Source: Rhynchobatus australiae (Eukaryota). Taken from it: a stretch of 64,000 nt of DNA. The stretch is taken from the NCBI GenBank assembly GCA_034780895.1, contig JAUZTB010000070.1, positions 13,896,455 to 13,960,454 of the forward strand. The letters run 5' to 3'. Below the pieces are notes generated by a model, which was not told the origin of the DNA, did no database searches, and worked only from the letters and a program-made list of their open reading frames with translations. Both the position numbers and the translations under genes were made by a program. Of this stretch, positions 24,136 through 36,800 are shown piece after piece (position 1 is the first letter of the stretch; every line of letters begins with the position of its first letter).

Positions 24136-26527
24136 CTTTTTTTAATGGGGAAAATCTCGTCCTGTTATGTATTCCATTGTTTTTGTAAGGTCTAGCATAT
24201 CAAAGTGCTGCTTACTTGACACCAATGCTCCATGTAGGCAACTGACCCTTGGATGCTTCCTTAGTACATGGGAGATGCCCACTATATCAAATCAATACAA
24301 CTTAATGACTTCAGTGAACCAGTTAGCACAGTTCAATTGGAAGTTGGGCTTGATTCAAAGGTTTGCTGATTTTTCTCCATTTTTGTGGTCTTGATTTCTT
24401 GAAACCGATACAAAATGTTAAGTTTTTACTAAATAAAATCTGCAGCACCAAAACATTTTATTCAGACCAGATGGTCCACATGACCCTCTTACCCAATTTT
24501 CATGATCTTGTCTCTCCTATTTATCTGGCTTAGCCTTGCATGTTCACTTTGAGGTTACATGAATCCATCATCTATCAGTGCCATGTGTTTGGAAGCTGAT
24601 TTGTTTCTGTCCTTGAGCTTGCTACGCAAGTGGTGATAAACCATATTCTGCCTTTCCATTGCCTAACTCAGAACTGTAAATCTAACTTCATTATTTATCT
24701 GTAACAATACCCTGTTTGTCTTTTTTTTAAATATAGTATCAGTATCAACTTGTCCCAGAGTCTAAAGACAATATGATCAATTTTCCATATTTCCAGTTAA
24801 TCAGTATAATGGAACAGATGCTGTCCTCCATGTTTTTTAAAGTGCTGGTGTTTGAAGTTTAGAAACTGGCAATTTGAAGAGTCTGTGAACAAGACCATTG
24901 AGAGATTCACATGGATGGAAACTCTGGTTGTGAAGTCTGCACACACTTCTCAGCAGAGCACTTTGCTAAACATGGTGAGAGCTGATAATGGGTATTAGCC
25001 GGCTGCTGTCATCTTGTCATACTAGGAAGCACAACTAAAATTGATTTAATTTGATAGGCATCTTGGGTAGACTGCAGCTGAGGCTTGCCAATCTCCCCTG
25101 TTTGCAATTTGCATGCACTTTCGTGAAATGCATTGTCCCTTGCTGGTTTGACAGGCTTTAGTGCAATCAGATCCATATTGCACACAGTGCATCTTGTGCA
25201 AGCTTATGGTCATTGTTTAAAAATACTGAACTTTTTAAATGATGACAGACAGCCCTCTGTTATTATGCACTGAGCACTACATGTTATATAATTGGGGCTA
25301 GTTAGGTGTAAGTGAGACAAGATGAGCATCCTTGCAGTTCTATGCTTAGTACAGACAATTCGTCCTTCAAATGAAATGGATCTGAAATTCCTGAACTTGG
25401 GTAGGGCATAGCTAATATGCCTAGAAATTGCCGTGCTATTGTTACATTAAAACCATTTGTGAGATGGTGTTGTTGGAGACTGTTTCTTGGGAAATTTGCT
25501 AAGACTTCAGCAAAACAAGGTGCAGAGACATTTTTGAAGTGCTGTCTTGTATTGCAAACCATAACTAGTCATTTCTCCAATTAGATTGGGCATTGGGAGC
25601 ATGATGTTTTTTAATTAACACTTTTGAGACTATGGAGAACCCCATATTAAAAGGAACAGTTGGATTTGGCTGGGATCTGTGGCCTGGCTTCATGAATAAT
25701 TCAGATCCAGGAATTTGTGACAGGAATCAACTTTGGTTTGACTGGAGGTGAGGATTTCACCTGCCTTGGGGTAAGCAAGCCTATAGGCAGTTCAGGCCAG
25801 TATTAGGGCAATTGTTCTTTGCTCCACAATGTGGTCACAGCATCTGAGTAGTAAACAAGTGGAAAAATTGACCAGGAGGTTTTTGAGTTAAGTCTCTGAA
25901 CATGGAGTCTCAAGTTTCTGACAATGATAAAGGATCAACACAACAATTAACTTGAAAACTTCAGACTCTGAGTTCTGTCAAGAAGGACATGCATTTATGG
26001 TCTAATTCTGGTGAGCTTTGTAATCTGTAAGGGGTTATTACAGCTACCTACTCATCTACTGTTTTAATGGTCTGATTATTCTTTACATTGAGCTACAGTT
26101 AGGGAAGTAGAAATTCATGACTGAAATTCACATTTCTAGACAAGTTAATTTATTAAGATTTTTGTTATGAAGACTGACAACTTATATTTTTCAGGACAGA
26201 CAGTAAATAGCACTGACATCCCAGTAAAGAATGTTATGATATTTGGCTGAATAGCATATTTCCACTCTAAATTCCCACACAAAAATACTGAATGTGAATT
26301 AAGCTGAAGTGGTTGTCTTTTCAGGCAGGCAAACGCTAAGGATGAAGCACTAGGCTTGCTTTATCATGGCAATATTGGCACTTGTTAGATTTAATAGATC
26401 CATTGAGTACAGTAACAGGCCACATCTTTGTGTCCCACATGCTTTTTGCATATTCTTCAGCTCTCACAGAATGTGATTCTGTATCCAGGAATTTGCTGCT
26501 CTTAATGTATAATGCTCTCCAGCTTCA

Positions 26528-26690
26528 ATACGCAAGATGTTGGAGGAACTCAGCAGGTCAGGCAGCATCAATGGAAGGAAATGGACAGTTGACATTAGTT
26601 TCCCTCCATAGATGCTTCCTGACCCATTGAGTTCCTCCAGCATCTCGTGCGTCACTCCAGAATACAGCATCTGCAGTGTCTTGTGTCTCC
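26528..26690. mobile_element. Penelope-derived palindromic element
   Basis: acgcaagatgttggaggaactcagcaggtcaggcagcatcaatggaaggaaa / tttccctccatagatgcttcctgacccattgagttcctccagcatctcgtgcgt inverted arms. Confidence 0.75.
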
Positions 26691-27299
26691 ATGCTCTTCT
26701 GCTTGACTAGCACAGTCATCAGTTTTGTTTTCTCCTGGGTACACTGTCTCTCCAATAATAAACCAAAAAACTTCCCTTTTTATTACATTGTATTTCACCT
26801 TCACACCCCAACCACTATTCAGGACTAGCAGGAGATCTGGTGGTGCTTCCTGTTCCATGAATCGTGATTTACAGTGCTGAATAGGCATGGTGACTTCACA
26901 TGCAGATCAGTAAGTCTTTGTTACTCTCTAAAAGGTGAGAACATCTGCATTTGTAATCCTCTTAGCCCCAATGCATTTGATACTGCCTACAACCCTCTGG
27001 GTCTAGGTTAGATTTAAAAACTTGTTTCAGAAGAAGGGATGATCTGCAGATTGTTCTGTCTCTAGCATGGTTTACAGGAGGTCACATAACTCTGCTTTGA
27101 ATTGAAAGCCTGGATCTGCTTATACAGCATTCTCTCCACTGTCTCTATTGGCTACTCCATTGCCAAGGAATTTGAATGGTTCTTGGGTGAGAATAAACCT
27201 GGCTCAGAACTGCACAAGCTCAACTTGCAGGCTGTCTAGGGTTGTATTTGGAAGAGTGACCACATTGAGATGCTGGGGTGGGGCACAAAGAATGGTTAA

Positions 27300-27810
27300 A
27301 CAAACAAACTGCTGGAGGAACTGTGGGTTGAGCAGCATTTCTTGAGGATGTGAGAGCGGTTGGAAGAGAGAGTCTATTTTTCCTGTTGAGGCCCTGCATC
27401 AGTATTGACAGTGGAGATGGAAGATAGCCGGTATCAAGAGGAGAGGGCAAGAGGTGAGATGGGCTGGTAGGGGATAGGTGGACTAAGGACAGATGATGGG
27501 AATGGTTGAGAGGCAGAGGCAGTGGATGATGAAGCAGACAAGGAAAAAGAAAATAAAAGGCAGATGGAGCGAAGGGGAATGTAAAGGTGGAGACAGCTGC
27601 TGAAGAGTGATAAGCAGGGACACAAAAGGCCACAAATGCTGGACAAAAATGGGGGGAACAGAGGTGGATTGGAAAGAAAGGGAGAAGGGTCGGGGGGGGG
27701 GGGGGTGGTGGACACAGGAAGTAAAGAAAATTCAATGTCCGTACCATTGGGTTGTAGACTACCCAGGTAGAGTATGAGGTGTTCTTCTGGTTTGTGTTGG
27801 GCCTCAACAC
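27300..27810 (-). mobile_element. Penelope-like retroelement 3' end (GIY-YIG C-terminus plus terminal repeat)
   Basis: Minus 27805-27725 reads EAQHKPEEHLILYLGSLQPNGTDIEFS (PLE consensus EAQRKLEEQHLIFRLGTLQP.G.NIEF), followed by a pyrimidine-rich spacer and the terminal repeat. Confidence 0.8.
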
Positions 27811-27994
27811 ATTAGTAATCAAAATACTGGTGCCTGAGAGAGAGAGATGAGCAGTCCCTGCAGAATGAATCCACCCTCATCTTTGGGTTAAATCCATGAT
27901 CCGCCAGAAAGATGTTTGGCCCCATAGTTGAGGAACCACAGAACTAGAATAGCAAAGTAATTTAAGTTAGTTGTTACTGTGGTGCTGTACTCAT

Positions 27995-28225
27995 AACTTT
28001 TTTATTCATTCATGGGATGTGGGCTTTGCAAGATGAGCCAGCATGTAATTGCCCATCCCTAAATACCCTTGAGAATGTGGTGGTGAGCTGCCATCTCAAA
28101 CCTCGGCAGTTCTTGAGGTATGGGTCAACCCACAATCCTGTTTGGGAGGGAGTTCCAGGATTTTGACCCAACAACGGTGAAGGAACAGCAATATATTTCC
28201 AAGTCAGGATGCTATGTGGCTTAAC
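27995..28225 (-). mobile_element. CR1/L2-group LINE 3' end
   Basis: attcattcatgggatgtgggc...ttgcccatccctaaatacccttgagaa; reverse complement of the tail at 48460-48500. Similar copies at ~420-640 and 37660-37920. Confidence 0.7.
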
Positions 28226-29069
28226 TGTAGAAACTTGTTTTTTTTACATTTGGGGAATATTTCACTGAAAACAACATTGTTAATATGGAACTTGAAAATA
28301 AAATCATTTGTCTACTAATTCACTGAAGTTTGAGCCTTTTTTTAATACTTGAGTGGAAGAAGAGCTGAAAAATGTGTATGGAAAAAGAAGTCTTGAAATA
28401 CAAATTTTTATCTGATCTTGAAGCTGCTGGATATTGGAGTCCTCTGGCAGTCTATGTTGGGTCAAAATTAGTTATGTCAAGTGCTCCAGCTATACTACTT
28501 TGATGTTAATATGGTACAAAAAGTGGCAGGCCTTCGTAGATCAACAGGCAAGAGGGTCAAATTGTCTGCAGTTTCTGATGAGCTGCTGAAACCAAGTTGC
28601 AAGCCCTGGCATTCATCCCTGTCAGATGCTGGCAGAACAGGGATTGACTTTGGGTATAGAGACTGAAGATCTGTATCACTCTGTATCATCGGTTACTGTA
28701 AATATACCCACACCCAATGTGTGGCATAGAACACATAGACAGTCTCGGTTTTGTTTCAATATCTTTCAAAGGCAGCATAGTGATTATCTGCAGTAGCAGC
28801 TGCTGCCTACCAAAGAATGACTGAGTGACAGATGAATGAGTCAGCAATAGCAATTTAAAGTCTGACTTATTGTGTTATTCAATGGAACAATATCACTGCA
28901 CTGATTCATTTCCTGATCTTGAGTGATCATGGATGGCAAGAATTTGGTAAGTTATGTATCTTTAAGTGATTCATGTTGGATGTTTGTATTATATAAGTTT
29001 CTTCTTTGAAGCTCCTTGGTGGGGTGTGCCAGTTTGGAATGCCAGTTGCAGCTTGATTTTGTGCTCTGC

Positions 29070-31410
29070 TCAAATAAGAAGCAAGGAAAGAGCTGAAAGT
29101 GTGTACGCTGATGGTTATAAATGTGGAGTAATCAGTTTCACGTTGGGCTGCACAGGTGGAAAAGTGGTGGGTGACAACCTGGAGGACTAATGAGCAAAGG
29201 CAGGTAGTGCAAGAGACCCCTGTGGCCACCACCCCTCAAACAGGTAGGGAGTCATCATTATAAGCATAGAAACAGGTCCTTTTGCCAAACCTATTCATGC
29301 CAACCAAGGTACCTTCCTGAGATAGTCCCATTTGCTTCCATTGGGCCCATATCCCTGTAATAATTTCCTATGCATGAACCTGTCCAAGTGTCCTTTAAAT
29401 GTTGAAACTGTATCCGTGTCTTCCACTTCCTCTGGTAGCTCATTCCATATACCCACCACCCCCTGTGTAGAGAAACTTGCCCTTCAAGTCCCCTTTAAAT
29501 CTTCCCCTCTCATCTTAAACCTCTGCCCTCTAGTTTTAGACTCCTATCCTGGGAAAAAGACTGTGTCTGTTCACCTTAACTATGTTCCTCATAATTTTTC
29601 AACCTCTAATAAGGTCACCCCTCAGTCTCCTTCACTTCAGGGAAAACTGTCCTGGTCTATCCAATCTGTTCTGATAACTTGAGCTCCGGCAATAACCTTG
29701 CGAATCTTTTCTGCACCCTCTCCAGGTTAATCATATCCTTCCTACAGTACGATGGCCAGAACTGCACAAGTATTGTAGCTGTAACATAATGCTCCGAGTC
29801 TTGTACTCATTGCCCTGTCCAGTGAAGGCAAGCGTGCCATATGCTGCTTTCACCTCTTGTCTACCTGTATCACCATTATCAGGGACTATGTACTTGTACC
29901 CCTAGTCTCTCTCTGGTAAGACAGGTGAATTTAAGAGTGTTAATCAGCATGTGGGAATATGATCCTCTTCCAATCACTGATTCATGGTTGAGCGAAGGCC
30001 AGCTCAACATTTTAGGATGTAGAAGTTTCAGATGTATAGGCCAGGCTGAGGGGGCATTTTGTTATTAATCAAGGAGACTATCACTGCAATAATGAAGGAG
30101 GATGTCTTCGAAGGTTGTTCAAATGAAGCCTAATGGGTAAACCTTAAAAATTATAAAAAGGGGCCATCTCTTTGCTGGGATTATACTACAGGTCTCCCAA
30201 TACTCAGTGGGAGATGAAGGAGCAGATATGAAGACAAATCACGAGTGGGTGTTAGAGGAACAGGTTATTGTAGTAGGAAACTTCAACTTTCTTCATATGA
30301 ACTGGGATCACCTTAGTATGAAAAAATTAGATGGGTGGAATTTTTAAAGTGCATCCAGGACACTTTTTTATGTCAGTAGATAGTGCTATTCGGGATTGGG
30401 CAGTGGTCGGCCTATTCATTTGTAAATGAAACTGGGCAAGTGGGTGAAGTGTCAGTTGGTGAGCACTTTGGGAACAGTGACCATAACTTGGTAAATTTCT
30501 AAGTAGTTATAGAAATGGGTAAGGATAATCTAGAAATTAACTGTCTGAATTGTGTGGGACTGATTTCAATATCAATAGACAGGACCAGGCAAAGGCAGAT
30601 AGGGAGCAACTATTTGCAGGTAAATCTACATCTGCAAGGTTGGGAGTCTTTTCAAAGTGAAACAGTGAGAGTTCAAGGCCAATGTTCCTATGAGGTGATG
30701 GGTAAGGACAGCAAGTCCCACAACCTCTGAACATCAAGGGATATTGAGGTTATGTTTTTATATAGAAGAAAGAATATAGTAGGTGTAGAGCACTGAGTCT
30801 TAGGGGAATGCTTAAAAAGAAATTAGGAGGGCAAAAAGGAGCCACTAAATATCCCTGGAATATAGATTAAAGAAATTCCCAAGATATTTTTGCCAAGTAT
30901 ATTAAGAGCAAGAGGTTAACCAAGTAAAAAGTGAGCACAATAGAGACCAAATGGGTAATCTGTGCTTGGAGCCAGAGAACATGAGCAAGCCTGAAATGAA
31001 GGTGCTTCATCTGTAGTCAGCAAGAAGAAAGTTGTTGTAGTAAGAGATTTTAGCTGGGATAGTGAATTTCTAGAACACATTAGATTAAAGAAGACGAGAA
31101 GACGAATTAGATTAAAATGAGATGTTTTTTCAGATGTAAAAAACAAATGAATGAATCCCCAGGGCCAAATGAGATGTATCCCAGGCTGCAGTGGGAGGCA
31201 GTGGAGGATTGTTGGGGCCCGGACGAGGATATTTCAATCTTCTCTGGCCATAGGTGAGGTGCCAGATGCCAGGAAGCGAGCAAAAGTACCTTTTATTCAA
31301 GAATGGCAGCAAGGAGAAGCCTGGTAATTATACGCCATTTAATTCATTATCAGTGGCAACAAAATTATTGAAAAATCCTCAAGGATAGGATTAACCTAAA
31401 TTTGGAAAGG
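29070..31410 (+). mobile_element. Long decayed CR1 LINE (ORF1 remnant, endonuclease, start of RT)
   Basis: QVVQETPVA (ORF1); WEYD..ITDSWLSEGQLNILGCRSFR, GLYYRSPN, VVGNFNF, VGEHFGNSDHNLV (APE); SPGPNEMYPR, KPGNYTP (RT). Many stops and frameshifts. Confidence 0.85.
29255..29905 (-). mobile_element. CR1 (HER1-type) 3' fragment nested antisense in the long CR1
   Basis: catagaaacaggtcctttg tail; cgaatcttttctgcaccctctcc is the antisense of ERVQKRF. Confidence 0.8.
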
Positions 31411-31544
31411 CACACAATTTAAACATTGCTTTGTGTAATTCTGAGCGCTTTATTTTACCACAGATAGTTTGAAAATGTTAGTCTTGAGGTAGTGTGGAAC
31501 AATTTTCATTGCATATGGTTACTAACCTTTTATATTTGAAAATC

Positions 31545-31730
31545 AAAATACTGTAGATGATGGAAATCTGAAATAAAAATCCACTGGAAATATTCAACAG
31601 ATCAGGCAGTATCTGTGGAAAGAGAAAATATTTTCAGGTCAATGATTTTTCAACCTAAATGTTAACACTACTTTTCTTCCGCACATGCTGCCTGACTATA
31701 GTGTATTTCCTTAGTGTTCTGTTTTATTTG
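31545..31730. mobile_element. Penelope-derived palindromic element
   Basis: aaaatactgtagatgatggaaatctgaaataaaaa...caggcagtatctgtggaaagag / cttccgcacatgctgcctgac...gttttatttg. Confidence 0.7.
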
Positions 31731-32647
31731 AACTTTTTAAATTCCTTCATTTACATCTTGATGAAAGTTCCTCACAGGATTGTTGTTGCATCCCTCCCTT
31801 TATTATTTTCTTCCTGCCGAGTTAACTGTAGATAACCGACAGCATCAATGCTTGGAGTTGGCCAAATGTGATATTAGTTTCCTGTGATGTAATTTTACTG
31901 CTTTAATATCAAAATCATAAACCTTAGTTTCCTAATGCTGTTGTTTGCTCTGGAATGGAGTTTTTGATCCTCGCCCACTCCATGATAAAGTAATTGTTAC
32001 AGATTTGAAATAAAGGTGTGCCTTGGTGGTAGGCAGCAGTGAACTAACATTAAAACCTGATTTTAACATTCACTAAAAGGCAGATACACATTTTATTAAT
32101 GAATATTTTGAATATGACTTGGTGAACATTGAATTCAGTACTTTTCCAAATATATCTTGAAGTTTTTTTTTGAAAACAACATCCTTCATACTTCTGTCCC
32201 GTGTCCTCTGAGTATTCATTAGTACATTCTCTGAGCATCTTTGGTCAAGATCAGTAGCATCCAGTGAGACTGTAGGAGGGATTGCTTTAGGAGTAAAAGC
32301 TGGTGCTCGAACAATTTGGTGTCATCACTGTCTTTCAGCACTATGCTATTTAAATTTCGATGATTTTAGGCATAACTGCGGAAATATTTTGGATCTGTTT
32401 AAATTGTGCAGATTTTGACATTTGACCTGGCACTTTTGGTCACATTCTGAGATGGTGAACACATTCTATCAATGCTTGTTCGGAACATTTATAGTTGAAA
32501 TTGTCCTGTTTTCTTTGCTTTAACAAGATTGTTAACCATTAACAGGAAACCAAAACACTCTATTCACTGTAGCTATTTTATTTCAAGGCTTTTAAAACTT
32601 GAACTTTCTTCTGCATTCCACTGTAGTAAACTTTTATACTTGGCTGG

Positions 32648-32940
32648 AGTCATAGAGTTGTACAGCATAGAAACAGGTCCTTGGCCCAACTCATCCATGC
32701 TGACCAAGATACCTATCCAAGCTACTCCCATTTGCCTATGTTTGACCTATATCCCTCTAAACCTTTTCTATCCATGTACGTATACAAATGTCTTTTAAAC
32801 GTTATAATTGTACCCACCTCCACAGCTTTCTCTGGCAGCTCTTTCGATATACCCACTGAACTCCGTGTGGGGAAAAAGTTGCCCTTCAGGTCCCTTTTTT
32901 AAATTGTTCACCTTGTCTGTGTTCTCTAGTTCTAGACTGT
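32648..32940 (-). mobile_element. CR1 (HER1-type) 3' end
   Basis: agtcatagagttgtacagcatagaaacagg...cctccacagctttctctggcagctc; same family as 40555 and 63720. Confidence 0.8.
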
Positions 32941-34764
32941 TCCACACTTGTCAGAAGACAGCCCAGTTGTGTGAAGTACACTATCATTTTTCCTGTTACT
33001 GCTTTTCTGCGGGTTCTTTTATTGAAGGTCCTGCATGAGCTAGAGCTTAAAGGGAGGAGGAGAAGAGGGTTCACGTTCTTGCACCCTGTCCCCAAATTTG
33101 TTCTAAGGGCTCAGCCCCTGTCCACAGCTTCTGGAACAGCAAAACATCTGGTTTTCTAAGCTGGTGCTGACAGGGATCTGTGACCTGGAGGCAGAGCTCT
33201 AGCCACGCTGGACTGTTTTACCCATCCTGATGTAAGTCGTTGTCACTTTGAATTACCAACTCTCTGGATCATTCCAGACAGCTGTGGTTGACCTATGCTT
33301 GTCTGACGCATTGTCTTGAAAGAGCTGTGAGTTATACCTTTCTCTTGTCATCACTTTCAGCCCTTACCATAAATATTCCACTCCTTGCTAAACTTCAACA
33401 CTCTGACAATAATCATAGTTTCAGACCTTGTGCTTTCCTTCACAAAAATTGATTGCTTTCATTTCTGCAGCATTGTTTGGCTATGCAGAAATCCCCAAAC
33501 GCCCACACATTCCTGCCTGGTCTACTTTCCTACAGCCCAGAAGTGACATTGTGCAAAATTCTGCTCTCCACCTACTGTCCTGTTTGCTGACGTGCGTTGG
33601 TCTGCACAGTCTATTTACTGTTTATTAACAGTATAACAAAACCCGGCTAATTCTCATGTAAATTGCTACAAACCTAATTGATAATTGTTGTTTTATTAAA
33701 TATAATTGCTCATGTTTCATCTAATTAAAGTCTACGTAAGACTTGTTTGCTGCAATATTACAGTGAGCCTGAGAGATGCATGTTCATACATCTGTTTCCT
33801 TTCACACTGAAAGTACTTAATAGTAAATTGCCTGTAGTTAGTTTACTGTGGACAAACATGACCTCAAAATTGTAGATTAATTATTTCTTTTGGTGGCGTT
33901 GCCTGCTTTGTTTTGAATCCTGCATTAAACCTTTTACATTAACTTGAACCAGGTAGGCAGGTCAATTCAGTGTCTCATTCAAAAAAAAGCACATAAAAAA
34001 TCTTCGAACTTGGAATAATGATATCTCTAAGCCAAACCAGCATGTTAAAAATGGCAAACAATTTTAGCACAATCTTCTATCGCTTCCATGCCTAGGGGCA
34101 AAAATGTTGCTGATAATGAATAGAATGTTCACGTGGCTGAATAATGAAGAACAACTCCACTGGGATTCAAAATTAATGCTGACTTCATAGGGTCAAATGA
34201 ATGTGTTTCACACAAAAGAGAATAGAGAATCCAAATTAGCAGTGCCTGACAAAGGCAAGACAGCCTTTGTCGACAGCTTAGATTCCCCATGGATGGCGTC
34301 AGAGGCAGCAACAGCTTGCTTCAGAACTTGAAGAAGCCGTGTGGTGTGACATCCTGTTAAGAATGATTATTACCGAAGCTAAATCAGTCACGCCGAGAAT
34401 AGCTGAAGATCATCTTATTTATCTCCTTGGCAGTCCTGCATGTTTATGATCCAGAGAATGCTTGTAACAGGCTTTTGAAGTGTTAGCAAATCTGAGGAGA
34501 AAAGAATTTGGATTCAAAGTGAAGTAGTGTTTATATAGAACAACAGCGAGCAGCATCTTTTACAGGTTGCATTTCTGTATTAATTGAAATCAGACTGAAA
34601 ATGCCCTTGAATTTGTGCTGCTCAGGTTGGATTTCAGTTTTCTGCTGCAGCTAATTTATGTGATCACAAATTTTAAGCAAAAAATTTTTAAACTTTTAGA
34701 TCAAGTGTTTTTATGCATTCAGAAGTAAGAACAGATTTTTTTCTGAAAGTAGTTCTTGACCATG

Positions 34765-35150
34765 GAACTAAGAAATGATTTTGGTACAAAATGAGTTCAT
34801 TCAACTCGTTTAAAAGAGCTATCCAGTTAGTTTTTCTCCCTTTCCCTTTCCCCAAAGCCTACAGCTTCATTCCCTTTCAAAGTTATCCAGCTCCCTTTTT
34901 GAATCTTAACATTGAATCTGCTCCCAGCACCCTTCGAAATACATTGCATTTCATTTGAAGTATTTTTTGCCAAGTAATTTAAATTTGATTATTGACCCTT
35001 CAACTAGAAAAAAGTTTTTGCTTGACTTGCTCAAATCCATTATTAATTTGAGCACCGCCTATTAAATTCTCCCTTAACCTTGTTTTTTCAAGAAGAACAA
35101 TCCCATTTTCTCCAGTCTGATTTCATCCTACCAGATAGGTTTAGTAAGGG
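34765..35150 (-). mobile_element. CR1 3' fragment
   Basis: ttttccccaaagcc...ttatccagctccc...ttgaatctgctcccagcacccttc; ends at an N gap. Confidence 0.6.
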
Positions 35151-35254
35151 CNNNNNNNNNNNNNNNNNNNNNNNNNNNNNNNNNNNNNNNNNNNNNNNNN
35201 NNNNNNNNNNNNNNNNNNNNNNNNNNNNNNNNNNNNNNNNNNNNNNNNNNNCCA

Positions 35255-35445
35255 GTCCAATATTTATCCCTCAGCTAGCAGGTGATTATTTGGTCATTTG
35301 TTTCATTGCTATTTTTGTGGGAACTTGCTGCGTGCAAATTAGCCACCATGTTTTTGACATTACAGCAGTGACTGAACTTCCAGAGTGTTTCTGTAATTGG
35401 CTGTAATGTGCTTTTGAGGTGACCTGAAGTTACATAAGTAGCTTT
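35255..35445 (+). mobile_element. Deu-type SINE 3' part
   Basis: tgtgggaacttgctgcgtgcaaattagcc...cattacagcagtgactgaacttc...ttggctgtaatgtgcttttgagg. Confidence 0.7.
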
Positions 35446-35939
35446 ACTCAACAGAGTAAATGAGCCATAGTCATTGGTATTTTCAAATAACTGCACATCT
35501 CCAGCTTTCTACCTGAAATTTTATGAAGCATATCTTGACAAGTGAAAAGCCCTGTTCTAAAATGCAGCTTAAAAGCTCTGCTTTCTAACTTTTCAGACAC
35601 TGGGTTCAGTACGGCATCTGCAATGATTACATGGTGTAACATTTTAATTTGTCTCTGGAGGTTTTCTTTAAAGCTTGTTGCCTCCTACAAATGTGCCTAC
35701 CAAAACTGTACAAATTGTAAATAGGAATTGTCAAAGAAAAGTATTTATTAAAAATGTACATGAAACTAGCTTGAGTGCTTATGACTCTTTATTAATTATA
35801 TATTGGCTGCTATTATCTGGAAAAGAGAAAGTTGAATGAGCAAAGTTTAAAATATTCAGTTTTGGAGTATAAATGAAGATGTTTTCACTTGGGAGTTAGC
35901 AAAATGAGGTGCCATCAACATAAGGAAAGGTCGCTAATA

Positions 35940-36216
35940 GAGTAAAACTCCATTAATCCAGCATGCTTGGGACTTTGGACTGGCAGATTTTCTGGACTGT
36001 AATAATACTTAATAAATTAATAGTTAAACATTAATAGTAACACTGCTAATTCAAATTTGTTTCAACATGTTGTACAGTATAATAAACTTGCAGGACTCTG
36101 AAATTTAAGGGGATCTGGTGAGTTTACAGGGTGTGTGGGGAAACATCACCCTGTGAGCTAATGTGGAATCATTGAGATTTTGAATAATTGAATAGCAGAT
36201 TATAGAAGTTTTGCTA
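35940..36216. mobile_element. Tc1/mariner (Tigger/pogo-type) non-autonomous element inside a CR1 3' fragment (~35875-36430)
   Basis: Imperfect TIRs GAGTAAAACTCCATTAATCC / AGATTATAGAAGTTTTGCTA after a TA. The flanks gtcgctaata and aatcccattgggaattcag rejoin as CR1 3' sequence. Confidence 0.55.
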
Positions 36217-36454
36217 CAAATCCCATTGGGAATTCAGTATAAATTTCTTGCCTTACTGAATGGTCAGAATGTGGCACTCACACAGGGAGTGGTTGATGTG
36301 GACAATAGTCTTGCATTTATCAAGAAAGACCCATCTATCTTGATAGGAAGACAAAAGGGTGAGGGGAAGGTTGCGTGGAACGCTAACACCGGCACAGAAC
36401 ATTCGGGCTCTGGCTAATTTGTGCTGTGCATTCTATAGCCATCCAAGATTATTT

Positions 36455-36800
36455 GGTATAGTGTTGCAGTGATTTAGATAATGAAACACTGATCCAGAGT
36501 GAATAGTCTAGAAAATGGGAGTTCAAATTTCAACATAGCACCTGTGGAATTTAACTTTTGTTAACCCATGTTATAAAGACACTAATACTAAATGTGATGA
36601 TTGTAAAGCTACCAGATTGTAGTAAAATCCTATCTTGTCCTTGAAGAGAAAATCTTCCAATCTGCCATACAGTATGTGCCTCAGATTACTGGTGTTATTG
36701 ATTCTTAGCTACAGTCTGAAATGGCCTGCAAACCCTTTGTTTCAAGGCAAGTTAGAGAGGGGAAATAAATTCTGACCTGCAACTCCCAAAACATGAATAT
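36455..36800 (+). mobile_element. tRNA-derived SINE with LINE-like tail
   Basis: B-box-like gagttcaaatttc; tail tctgaaatggcc...caaggcaagttagagaggggaaataaat. Related copies at 38320-38570 (+) and 60505-60855 (-). Confidence 0.65.

Noticed and set aside
27220-27822. 200-aa Pro/Leu/Ser-rich ORF
   Set aside because: Off-frame translation of the pyrimidine-rich 3' region of a Penelope-like element.
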